A stretch of 63,065 bases of DNA, the filler included, from Octopus bimaculoides (Eukaryota): the NCBI RefSeq assembly GCF_001194135.2. It is 4 parts of 4 records of this genome, joined end to end, with 100 filler letters (N's around TTAATTAATTAA, not from the genome) between each part and the next. Parts side by side here need not be neighbours in the genome. Positions count along the whole stretch, not along the records: positions 38,340 to 63,065 come from NC_068985.1; 3 more parts are not named here. One strand, given 5' to 3'. This document shows positions 51,971-63,065 of the stretch, in pieces; position 1 is the stretch's first letter, and each line of letters opens with the position of its first letter. The translations under genes were made by a program, and so were the position numbers. A model generated the notes under the pieces. That model worked only from the letters and a program-made list of their open reading frames with translations, was not told the DNA's origin and searched no databases.

Positions 51971-52880
51971 NNNNNNNNNNNNNNNNNNNNNNNNNNNNNN
52001 NNNNNNNNNNNNNNNNNNNNNNNNNNNNNNNNNNNNNNNNNNNNNNNNNNNNNNNNNNNNNNNNNNNNNNNNNNNNNNNNNNNNNNNNNNNNNNNNNNNN
52101 NNNNNNNNNNNNNNNNNNNNNNNNNNNNNNNNNNNNNNNNNNNNNNNNNNNNNNNNNNNNNNNNNNNNNNNNNNNNNNNNNNNNNNNNNNNNNNNNNNNN
52201 NNNNNNNNNNNNNNNNNNNNNNNNNNNNNNNNNNNNNNNNNNNNNNNNNNNNNNNNNNNNNNNNNNNNNNNNNNNNNNNNNNNNNNNNNNNNNNNNNNNN
52301 NNNNNNNNNNNNNNNNNNATATATACATACATACATACATATATGTGTGTGTGTTTTTGTGTGCATGTCTGTGAGTGTCTGTGTGTCGAACACCTACCAT
52401 CTGGAAATTTTATGAAGCAAATAACGCTGGCAATAAAAGATTCTGTAACTATTCTCATTCTTCCGATTAAAGGATTTCATATGGGATGTGGCAAAGTGGA
52501 AACAAACATTCGATCATGTACAACTTAATGAGACAATTCATAGAATGTAACACACTGCGAACAAACAAAAGTACGACAATTTGTAGGAAATGTGATCGTA
52601 TTGAATCCACTGTTAAAAAAACACTTCCACGAAAAAGTAGAATTATTAACCACAAACAATACGTAACAGAAATTTTCACCAATGGCTTATGAAAAACAAT
52701 TTATTGCTGCGTGAGTATAAAAGTACTTTCACAACTATTTTTAAGCAACACACTCTACTCTTGTGTTTGAAACCACTAGTTTGCCTATGGATCCCTGTGA
52801 TTAATATTTTATTCTGGTGGACCCTCATAGCCAATTGGTGTTTAGAACCTAGTTTTATAGTTTCATAGAAACTAGTTATA

Positions 52881-53115
52881 AGGGCGGTGAGCTGACAGAA
52901 GCGTTAGCACACCGGGCGAAATGCTTAGCGGTATTTCGTCTGCCGTTACGCTCTCAGTTCAAATTCCGCCGAGGCTGACTGTGCCTTTCATCCTGTCGGG
53001 GTCGATAAATTAAGTACCAGTTACGAACCGGGGTCCATATAATCGGCTTAATCTGTTTGTCTGCCCTTGTTTGTCTCCTCTGTGTGCAGCCCTTTGTGGG
53101 CAGTAAAGAAATAAG
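52881..53115 (+). mobile_element. SINE family A, full length
   Basis: Head through tail gtaaagaaataagaaa. Confidence 0.9.
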
Positions 53116-54305
53116 AAAATAGTTTTATAGGCACTTCTTTCAAACTACCTACTCTGTTTATTACACATTAACTTGTTGTGCTATGTAAAACAGAGAGAAA
53201 AAAACTAGCAGTTTCTTGTAATATATACATCTAAAGCATATTTTTTCTTCGATCCAAAAAACAATAGTGAACAGATTTTACTATTTTGCTTGTGTGGCTT
53301 ATTTGATATCCCACAAAATTTATATGGATCTCAGGTATCATATGGACTCCGGTTGATAACCATTGAACATTTGTAGAGTGTACACTTGTTCAAAAATCTA
53401 TATTTTGAATCATCTATATTTCCATCAACTTCGGTTAAAATTGTCTGCGTATGTCTTGTCAAAACTTTGTTCTATATAATTTTAAAATGGTTGCGTATTT
53501 CAGAAGTACACATTCTAGAAGTTATACGCTGACAATACAAATCTCTTTTAGGGATAATAGTTTTAACATTTCATGTAAACAAAACATTTTCGCTCATTAG
53601 TTTTATTGCATAAAGTTGTTTTTTTTTAGTTTTTTAAATTTTTTCTTGGCTTTTTGCTCTCTATGTATGTTGAATCGAAAACAAAATAACTGCTTGCACA
53701 TTAACTTCCAGTTCCTTATTAGGAGGCACAGTTGCCGTTACATGTAATTTTAAAATAAGAATCTTCACAACTACATTCCCATGTTAGCGTTTCCTTACAT
53801 ATGCTAGCATATCTTGTTTCTGTACGATTGATGTACTTCTGTAAATGTAAGTCTTATAATTACAGTATTGAATCAATCTTTGTGTTTCGCAACAAAGAGA
53901 GCAAACGTTCTATGATTCATACCTGATTTCACTCTAACAAATATATGCTGCTTGAAGATTTTCTGCACCAAAAATGACTATGGCACACGCTCAACATATT
54001 TTCTGAAGTAAATATTTAGAAAACAACATATTATATATAAAACATGAAATAAATTCTTACATAAAGTAGAGCGGAAATAAACAGATATCAAATGAAATTA
54101 ATAAATACATTCAAATCTAATCAAGTTTAATTGAGGTTGAATGAATTATTACATAGAGGAAAAACATTTTCATAAATGTGCCTAAACGTATGTACCATCA
54201 TACACAATGGACACATTTGTAATGCAGACGAAACCATATGTACCAGTGAATATTCGTAAATACATACATACACACTGATATACAGATGTATATATATATA
54301 TATAT

Positions 54306-54376
<71 letters not shown>

Positions 54377-54377
<1 letters not shown>

Positions 54378-54722
54378 GTGCAGACGTGGCTGTGTGGTAA
54401 TTAGCTTGCTTACCAACTACATGGTTCCGGCCGGGTTCAGTCCCACTGCATGACACCTTGCACCGACCAAAGCCTTGTGAGTGGATTTGGCAGACAGAAA
54501 CTGAAACAAACTGAAAGCTGCCGAGCTAGCAAGAACGTTAGCACGCCGAGCGAAATGGTTAGCGGTATTTCGCCGAGGTCGACTTTGCCTTTTATCCTTT
54601 CGGGGTCGATAAATAAAGTGCCAGTTACGCACTGAGGTCGATGCAATCAACTTAATCCCTCTGCCTGTCCTTGTTTGTCTCCTCTATGTTTAGCCCCTTG
54701 TGGGCAATGAAAAAATAAGAAA
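54377..54722 (+). mobile_element. SINE B 5' half (54377-54512) joined to SINE A (54515-54722)
   Basis: Family switch occurs at aaactgaaagctgccgagctagc. Confidence 0.85.
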
Positions 54723-55122
54723 CTAAAAGAAGCCCATCTTATATATACATATAACTGTATACATAAACAAAATAAATAAAATTAAATTAATACAAAAAAG
54801 AAGGAAAAAGAAGTAAGTAGTTATAAACAAATGTATAAAAGAATAAAAGTAAATTAAACAAACGTTAATAAACAGGGGATACTGATAATGCAGGCACATT
54901 CCCCCACGCACACTTACTAAACATAGACACACACACGGATATACACATGAGCAAATAGAGACACATACAATAAGAATACAAAATGGCCGAACGTTAATAA
55001 GGCGAGAGACACAAAAAAGAAAGACGAAAGCAAAGGACCACAGTTGAGGTCACAGAAATATCTCTGGCCGAAATACAATATAAAATAAAGCTGAAGCTAG
55101 TGAACACCAAATATATATAATA

Positions 55123-55237
55123 CAGTTTTATATTTAACGATGAGGAATTATGTACACTGTTGTTAACACAACGTTGTGTTAAGAACAAACGAGATGAGGA
55201 CAAGTATCCGTCAAATGTAAATTATGTAAATAATGTA
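55123..55237 (+). mobile_element. Short fold-back PLE pLTR fragment
   Basis: Inverted pLTR pieces 55123-55172 followed by the forward pLTR starting at the AACGTT palindrome (55170-55175). Confidence 0.8.
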
Positions 55238-55364
55238 TTAAATACATAGTGTGTGTGTTTTCATTGGCTCAACTGGAAACATGAGCATCCCCATATTCAA
55301 CAATATATGTTTCAACACACGATTACACATCAAGATTATTGCAAAGCGAATATATAAACGTAAA

Positions 55365-55437
<73 letters not shown>

Positions 55438-56049
55438 CAAAGATGGNNNNNNNNNNNNNNNNNNNNNNNNNNNNNNNNNNNNNNNNNNNNNNNNNNNNNN
55501 NNNNNNNNNNNNNNNNNNNNNNNNNNNNNNNNNNNNNNNNNNNNNNNNNNNNNNNNNNNNNNNNNNNNNNNNNNNNNNNNNNNNNNNNNNNNNNNNNNNN
55601 NNNNNNNNNNNNNNNATATATATATATATATAAATAGAGAAAGAGAGAGAAGTAGAATCAAGAAAAAAGTACTCCATCTGGTGAGAGATATATATCGGTT
55701 TCATGCACAACCGATGAAGCTACTGATAGTTTTATGTTTTATTTTACTTGAGCAGGCATATTTGTGTAATGCACCATCATCCAGGCTCTGTTCATGCGTC
55801 ATATATATTTTAAAACCAACGACGCTGGACAGTGTAAAATAAGGGAAAACAACGTAGACAGAAAGTGGAGATTGTTGGTGCAAAAAATGGAAAGAGAAAG
55901 AGAAACGAATTGAAGAAAACTAACATCTTAGTCCTCCCTGAGAGTAGAGACCTTATTAAATGCCACTGGTATAGAATGATATAACGGAAAATAAACCTGC
56001 TAGATAACATTTCAATCCGGAGAGAGTGGTGCCCTCCAGTTTCATAAAA

Positions 56050-56420
56050 GAAATCTGTCCACGTATTTACACCTGCTAAAAATTTCAAATCTGCAATGTG
56101 TTGGAATTGCCGGATGTAAGAAGAATATGAGATATGTTTGTTATGTCTAAGCTGCCTTTCTTAGGCCCATTAACATATGCCTTGGATTTCTCCGCTATTC
56201 TTCACTTAAGTCTATATGCTATGGAGCCGCTCTTCAAATTCCACACTTGGCTAGCCAACTTACTTGCATTACTGTTATCGAGATAGCGGAAAGAAGTTAG
56301 GTGGTTTGCATAACGTCTCTTGTACTTGCTCCCACATAACCCGTCATAATTATTGTTTTTAATTGATTTATCTTGAAGCATAGCTGTAACTCCTGGCTCG
56401 TACATGACGCAGATTATCAT
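56050..56420 (-). pseudogene. Decayed GIY-YIG endonuclease of a second PLE family
   Basis: VMYEPGVT...YDGLCGSKYKRRYANHLTSFRY...ASKLASQVWNLK...YRLK*RIAEKSKAY, typical PLE endonuclease motif order. Confidence 0.75.
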
Positions 56421-56512
56421 ACATGTATGTTCAAGTGAGCAATTTCAGCAGTTACGACGGGGAATGATCGCCTGGTGATTTTTACAAATCGAAAGCAATA
56501 TTGATTGCTTCT

Positions 56513-56948
56513 AAGGCAGTGAGCTGGCAGACTCGTTAACGCGCCGGGGAAAAAAACATTTACTGGCATTTCGTCTGTCTTTACAATCTGAGATCAAACT
56601 TCACCGGTAACTACTTCGCTTTTCATTCATTCGTGGTTGTTGAATTTATTTCCGGTTTTAATAATAGGGCTGATGTAAACGACTAGCCCCTATCCGAAAT
56701 TGCTGTCATTGTGCCAAAATTTGAAGCAAATATTAATTGCCTTACACTGCAGCGAACTGGTAGAATCATTAGCACGCCGGAAAAATTGCTTAGCAGCATT
56801 TCGTCCGTCTTTGGGTTCTAAGTTCGGCGTTGTCGATTTTGCCTTTCATCCTGTCGGAGTCGAGAAAATCAGTACCACTTGAGCACTGAGATCGATGTAA
56901 TCGATTAGCTTCCTCGCATGAAATTCCTGCCAAAATTTCAAGCCAATA
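56513..56948 (+). mobile_element. Two tandem diverged SINE family A copies
   Basis: Heads at about 56513 and 56750. Confidence 0.8.
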
Positions 56949-57362
56949 CTAATTGCATTTAATATTAATTTCTATACTCATGACTTATCATTTCACACTG
57001 GTTCTGTTTAAAGGCATCACTATCTCTGAATAAGGACCATGCACAATTATTATGTGCTTACCATTTTATCGTAAAGCAAGTCCCAATCTAGAGTACATGA
57101 TGATGATTAGTGTATCACTAGATCTGGTCAAAATTTGTTCGTGAAGACCGGTTTGAATGATATTACTTAATACTGCATGTCAGATTTAAATAAGTTGTGA
57201 TGTATACGGAAAAAAGCAATTAGCTAACTGGTCACTAAAATATTTAATCTAGTCAGCTGAAATTATATTACTTATAAATATAGCATTAATCAGAATAAAC
57301 AAAATATTATTTCAATGAATATTTATGTCAAAGTAGGTATTGGACACAACTGTTGGGCTTAC

Positions 57363-57491
57363 TTTAATTAAAGAAGGCGGAAAAATATTGCAGTTGTGGA
57401 TAATGAATATTCTGTAAAATATGGTGACAACTTCTGGCATGTTTTGAACCCACTCAATATACAGATGTTCAACAGCAGACGACGTTTCATT
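57363..57491 (-). CDS. Alternative candidate exon (phase 0 to 0) NETSSAVEHLYIEWVQNMPEVVTIFYRIFIIHNCNIFPPSLIK
   Basis: Acceptor tgtatacatatag, donor GTAAGC, 43 open codons; overlaps the + strand candidate. Confidence 0.3.
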
Positions 57492-57524
57492 CTATATGTA
57501 TACAATACAGTTGTTGATATGTAT
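57394..57524 (+). CDS. Candidate exon (phase 1 to 0) VDNEYSVKYGDNFWHVLNPLNIQMFNSRRRFILYVYNTVVDMY
   Basis: Acceptor aatattgcag, donor GTAAGT at 57525 (or GTATGT at 57521); phase-compatible with 50327-50373. Confidence 0.38.
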
Positions 57525-57684
57525 GTAAGTATGTATATATGTATATATATATATATATATATACATATACATATTACACCTACATATATGTGTGTATCTG
57601 TGTGTGCGTGTGCGAGTGCGTGTGTGCGTGTATGTGTGTGCGTATGTGTGAGTGTGTGTGTATAAATAGGTGTATGTATGTATA

Positions 57685-58056
57685 TCACACACACACATAT
57701 TTCCACATCGTATTTTCTACTTGGAATTTTGTAGTGTTTTCATAGACTATATTTTTCTCGTATTTTGCAATTCTAGAAGTAAACATCATAACGTTGTTTA
57801 TGTAGATGGCTTGTCGTAATATATTCACAAAAAAATATTCTCCTATAAAATAGTTTCTCAAAAAAAGTTCCAAAAAGGTATATTTCAAGGGAAATAATGA
57901 AAACAAATGTTTATATTGTGAGAAAGGTATACGTAAGCAGCGTTTTACCTCCACATAAAGTTTACTTTCATAAAATAATAAATTAACAGAACCAGTTACG
58001 AAGAAAACTGATGCAACCAACAAAGAAATTTCTAAGAAGTTGGAGATTTTAGGCAT
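57685..58056 (-). CDS. 123-aa ATG-initiated ORF with hydrophobic N-terminus, unknown product
   Basis: Long open frame for such AT-rich non-repeat DNA; no motif recognised. Confidence 0.2.
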   Translation of the reverse strand: MPKISNFLEISLLVASVFFVTGSVNLLFYESKLYVEVKRCLRIPFSQYKHLFSLFPLKYTFLELFLRNYFIGEYFFVNILRQAIYINNVMMFTSRIAKYEKNIVYENTTKFQVENTMWKYVCV

Positions 58057-58554
58057 AATTATACTAATGTGTCCATCTGTTCTAATTTAATTAAATTCTA
58101 TGTCTTTGTGCAGCTGAAAATTGCTCTGCATTTTAAATTGATGTAATGATTGCATTGTTGAATTAAATGGAGTTCCATGAAGCGATCGTACTGCATTACG
58201 TCTGGATATCCTTGTTGCTTATTTTGATTTTAATCACCTTACTTTGAAATTGTGTGGATATAAACAGGGAGTACATATTTAAGACGTTACAATAAGAATG
58301 GAGAATTCTCATTTCTTATTTCAAGACTTAATTATTATTCTATAAGGTGTGGAAAATCCAAGGAAGCGGACTAAGGATTTACCCATCGGGTGAAATACCG
58401 TGCTATTTTATTACCTGCAACAATTTCCCCTTGTTTCATATCATCTGATGTGGTTTACCATAATCTGAATTATACTGGAGTGCTTTTGAGGAACTTGCCC
58501 GAATTCAATATAGCTATCGAGTCATTCACACAATACATCTATATCAATATCAGT

Positions 58555-58659
58555 ATCTATATCTCTCTATCTCTCTATCTCTCTATCTCTCTCTCTCTCT
58601 ATCTATCTCTCTATCTCTCTATCTCTCTATCTCTATCTCTCTCTATCTATCTATCTATA

Positions 58660-58726
<67 letters not shown>

Positions 58727-58800
58727 GGCAGTGTATCTCTCTTTATATATATGTTTGTGTGTATGTATGTATGTATGTATGTGTGTGTGTGTGAGTGTGT
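58555..58800. repeat. (TC)n/(TATC)n/(TATG)n microsatellites
   Basis: Direct reading. Confidence 0.9.
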
Positions 58801-59541
58801 ATCTGTGTGGGCGTGCATATATGTATGCATATTCATATGTGTGTACATAAAAAATATAATTATTTTTATATAGTTATGTGTATATAAATATCCATACGTA
58901 TACACAGAAAGTGTGCAACCAATATTCAAATGTGTTTATGCACGTAAACTTATGAGTACGAATGTATTCTTTACATGTGGGTACATATGGTAAAAATTTG
59001 AAAGATTCATATAGGGGTTAAAAGCAGCAGAAATATGGAGGGAGCAAATGAGCAAAGAAAGAACTGAATGAGAATGTCAAGTTTTCTAATGAACTTTGAA
59101 AAATTATTAGAGTCTTCAGGCAAAAAAAAATTCTGAGTTGTTACTCCTCTTCGCTGTTGACACTTTTCTAATAGTCCTGGGCGTTGGCATGGCGACAAAT
59201 TTATGTTTGGAAACACTTTTCTTTTTTTTTGCTATTCCTCTTATTTTTACTGTCTGTTGTTTATTTTAATTTTTGCAGTTTTACGTAACAAGATTATTTT
59301 TTCATCTGAGTGTTTTGGTTCATTTTAAACTTTATTTATTTAGTTTTTTTTAAAGATATGTTATGCCATCATATACCGTTAGTGTTTGTTATAAATATTT
59401 ATATTATTATCCGTAGCATTGTTATTATTATCATAATTATTGCTATAATTGTTATTATTTGTGTTGTTAAATGTTTTTATTATGTCTAGCGTAGTTAATT
59501 TTTTACGGTTATTAAAACTATTTTCATTACACCTCTTAAAC

Positions 59542-59613
<72 letters not shown>

Positions 59614-59623
59614 CATTATTATT
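59542..59623. repeat. (ATT)n microsatellite
   Basis: Direct reading. Confidence 0.95.
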
Positions 59624-59746
59624 ATGTCAATCGTTTTTGTTCCTGTTTTATTATTTATATTTAAAAGCATTTTTCAAGTTACTGTGACACTTTCTTCTCT
59701 GAGAAAATATGCCGCTGCATCTTGTGAAAGTTGTGTTTTTCTACAG

Positions 59747-59811
59747 GCGGAAGTTAGAAGCTTACAATCAACTACTAGAAATTCCATGCAGTTTTACATA
59801 TATATGACTAA
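59747..59811 (+). CDS. Candidate exon AEVRSLQSTTRNSMQFYIYMT (phase 0) or RKLEAYNQLLEIPCSFTYI* (phase 2)
   Basis: Acceptor gttgtgtttttctacag, donor GTAAGT. Confidence 0.3.
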
Positions 59812-59961
59812 GTAAGTATATATTCACATTAGGAAATGTCTTTACATACAAAAAGCATGTGTTAAGTTAGACGTATGTAAAGATTTACATGAGAAAAACA
59901 TGTACAAAGCAAATTTCTATATGTAGTGACATATTTTAACATACGCATAAACATATATACC

Positions 59962-60032
<71 letters not shown>

Positions 60033-60295
60033 GTGTTATGTGTACGTACTTATACATGCATTTTCATACAAACGCGCGTATATGTCCAAATAGCTGTATA
60101 TTTATAGATAGATAGATGCGTTTGAATAGCGATTGAAAATTCTAATGATTGTAATTATATTCTATGCAGATATTTTCGAATATATTGGACGCGCTAAATT
60201 GCAGATTTATTTGAGTTTCGCTCTAATATATAAAGATATTAATACGTGCTTGTGTATATTCAAATACACATCTTTACACATAAGGCAGAATATGT

Positions 60296-60368
<73 letters not shown>

Positions 60369-60844
60369 NNNNNNNNNNNNNNNNNNNNNNNNNNNNNNNN
60401 NNNNNNNNNNNNNNNNNNNNNNNNNNNNNNNNNNNNNNNNNNNNNNNNNNNNNNNNNNNNNNNNNNNNNNNNNNNNNNNNNNNNNNNNNNNNNNNNNNNN
60501 NNNNNNNNNNNNNNNNNNNNNNNNNNNNNNNNNNNNNNNNNNNNNNNNNNNNNNNNNNNNNNNNNNNNNNNNNNNNNNNNNNNNNNNNNNNNNNNNNNNN
60601 NNNNNNNNNNNNNNNNNNNNNNNNNNNNNNNNNNNNNNNNNNNNNNNNNNNNNNNNNNNNNNNNNNNNNNNNNNNNNNNNNNNNNNNNNNNNNNNNNNNN
60701 NNNNNNNNNNNNNNNNNNNNNNNNNNNNNNNNNNNNNNNNNNNNNNNNNNNTATATATATATATATATATATGTATATATAAATGGAGTTAGGGTTATAT
60801 ATATATAAATGGAGTTAAACGCAGGTGTTATTCAAATTCTTTTA

Positions 60845-60931
60845 CTTCCGACATATGTTTCGAAGACAACATTGGTATTATTCCAAAGAAATAGAATGTT
60901 GTAAAACAATGTAATCTTCTCATCAGGGAAA
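60845..60931 (-). ncRNA. Canonical type I hammerhead ribozyme motif (GUC) with palindromic minimal stem III
   Basis: Minus strand: TTCC-CTGATGA-GAAGAttACATTG...CAATGTtgTCTTC-GAAAC-ATAT-GTC-GGAA; all core nucleotides present; predicted cleavage between 60850 and 60849. Confidence 0.85.
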
Positions 60932-62189
60932 GAAAGAAAGAAGCCAAACTCATCAGTAAGACGTTGTAACAGAATTTCATGGATGTGTCTAATGATGAGC
61001 GAAACGTTATTAAGGCTTAAAAAAAACAAAACGTTACAGGATACAACGTCAAACAAGGGTAGCCTGTAGAAAGACGGTGGGTAAAAGAAAGAAATAAGCG
61101 GAAAACTAATAAATGAGAAATACGGAGTGACATGTGAATTAAATAAAAGCTTAAAGGCGTGGGAAAAGATCTATGTAGTGGAAATGAAATTTAAGAAAAA
61201 AATCAATGAATGTGAATGTATTTTTTGATATGTGGGTATATGTGGCAAAAATTTGAAAGGTTCATATAGGGGTTAAAAGGAGTAGAATTATGGAGGGAGT
61301 AAAAGAGCAAAGCAAGAAAAAATATTAGATTCTTCTTACAACATAAGGATATGCATACACGCATGCGCGTGCACACAGATACACACTCACGCACACATAC
61401 ATACCAATGTTGTCTTCGAAATATATGTCGAAAGTAAAAGAATTTGAATAACATCGGCGTTTAACGCCATTTATTTATTAAGATATATTATACAACATAT
61501 TTCACATCAACCCGGAGTTTCTACCTTTACGAACAGTGTGTTACGTACTTATTATCTGTGTGATTTTTTTCTGCCACAGTAACTGTTTATCCCGTGTTAA
61601 TTGTAAACNNNNNNNNNNNNNNNNNNNNNNNNNNNNNNNNNNNNNNNNNNNNNNNNNNNNNNNNNNNNNNNNNNNNNNNNNNNNNNNNNNNNNNNNNNNN
61701 NNNNNNNNNNNNNNNNNNNNNNNNNNNNNNNNNNNNNNNNNNNNNNNNNNNNNNNNNNNNNNNNNNNNNNNNNNNNNNNNNNNNNNNNNNNNNNNNNNNN
61801 NNNNNNNNNNNNNNNNNNNNNNNNNNNNNNNNNNNNNNNNNNNNNNNNNNNNNNNNNNNNNNNNNNNNNNNNNNNNNNNNNNNNNNNNNNNNNNNNNNNN
61901 NNNNNNNNNNNNNNNNNNNNNNNNNNNNNNNNNNNNNNNNNNNNNNNNNNNNNNNNNNNNNNNNNNNNNNNNNNNNNNNNNNNNNNNNNNNNNNNNNNNN
62001 NNNNNNNNNNNNNNNNNNNNNNNNNNNNNNNNNNNNNNNNNNNNNNNNNNNNNNNNNNNNNNNNNNNNNNNNNNNNNNNNNNNNNNNNNNNNNTATATAT
62101 ATATAAATGATATATAAACATATGCATATATCCATACATATATGTACATACTTACATCTATATGTATACATACATGCATATATGGGTAC

Positions 62190-62738
62190 AGGACATTAAA
62201 AAAATAAAAACCTTAAACACAATGAGAAATGAAAACGAAAAGAGAAAACGAACATTTTTTCGAATAACGAAAAAACAAGCAGAGAAACGAGACATACAAC
62301 ATAAAGAGTATACCTCTTCGTCAGTTGTCCCTGTTCCATCTACTCCGCGTTTCGAAGGCAAGGACAATACGCGACTTCGTTGGAACAATCCTTCCCGCAA
62401 AGCAAATTAAATAAAATTTGGAATATTTTGCGGAGGGTGAAAGTGTTAACAAGAACAGGACAATGAGAACAAGACAGTAAAAACAAAAACGGTGAGGGCT
62501 GTTGAGCCAAGACGATACAAAAATTATTATGAACGCTAGGGAGACGTGCATGATAGAAGAGACAGCAAAAAACACGTCTTTTCTTAAGGAAGGCAGTGGA
62601 CAGAAAGAGAAATCCTTTTTCGTCACGTGTCAGCGACGTGAGGGTCAAGGAGGAATAGTGAGAGAGAGAGAGAGATCGGTGAAAGGGAGAGAAGAATAAG
62701 GAAAGGGTGGGAGAGAGAAACAAAAAGGATGAAGAACA

Positions 62739-62745
<7 letters not shown>
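62190..62745 (-). mobile_element. Probable PLE pLTR-like interspersed repeat with a decayed HHR-like motif
   Basis: Minus strand ...AAGG...CCTTC-GAAAC-GC-GGAG at 62343-62403 followed by a T-rich tract; family assignment is inference. Confidence 0.35.
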
Positions 62746-62774
<29 letters not shown>

Positions 62775-63065
62775 GTATGCTATTTCCAGTAAATGTTGTA
62801 CCACTAATCTGTATTTATATTTATATATAAGTGTGTGCGAGAGAGTGTATGCCAATATGCCAATACCAATATACATGCAGACACACACACGCATATATAT
62901 ATGATTATATAATGCTGTGCGTGAATGTGTGATGGTGCCAGTCTCTATATTGAGCTCGTTCCATTACGAAAGACAATAAAAACCAGAGAAGATTATATAT
63001 ACATATGTTTCAGTGAGTGCGTGTGTGTGCGTGCGCGGTATGTATGTGTAAATATATATATATAT

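Noticed and set aside
60985-61015. TAATGATGAGCGAAACGTTATTA on +, HHR-like
   Set aside because: C3 is missing and there is no stem II, so it cannot form the core.

Overview
AT-rich, gap-ridden draft eukaryotic DNA. The SINE and microsatellite repertoire looks like a cephalopod (Octopus-like) genome; this is an inference from recalled repeat families, not a search result. There are no prokaryotic genes, rRNA, genuine tRNA genes or CRISPR arrays. Most supplied ORFs are artefacts of N-gaps or microsatellites. The window is dominated by three tRNA-derived SINE families (called A, B and C here) and by simple repeats. It also holds several MITE-like inverted-repeat elements and decayed retroelements: HERO-like RLE LINE fragments, two RTE LINE fragments, a Gypsy pol remnant and at least two Penelope-like element (PLE) families. 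The most notable signal is a set of minimal type I hammerhead ribozyme (HHR) motifs in PLE pseudo-LTRs. One PLE family links GIY-YIG ORF end, tRNA-like A/B-box segment, (AAT)n and HHR in series, and one short copy folds back at the predicted cleavage site. A second family carries a canonical GUC HHR at 60845-60931 (-). A roughly 4 kb CpG-depleted block between two scaffolding linkers contains antisense exon candidates. Splice-bounded, phase-compatible short ORFs suggest an unidentified multi-exon gene on the + strand. All exon calls are by eye and have a substantial chance background. Repeat boundaries are approximate.
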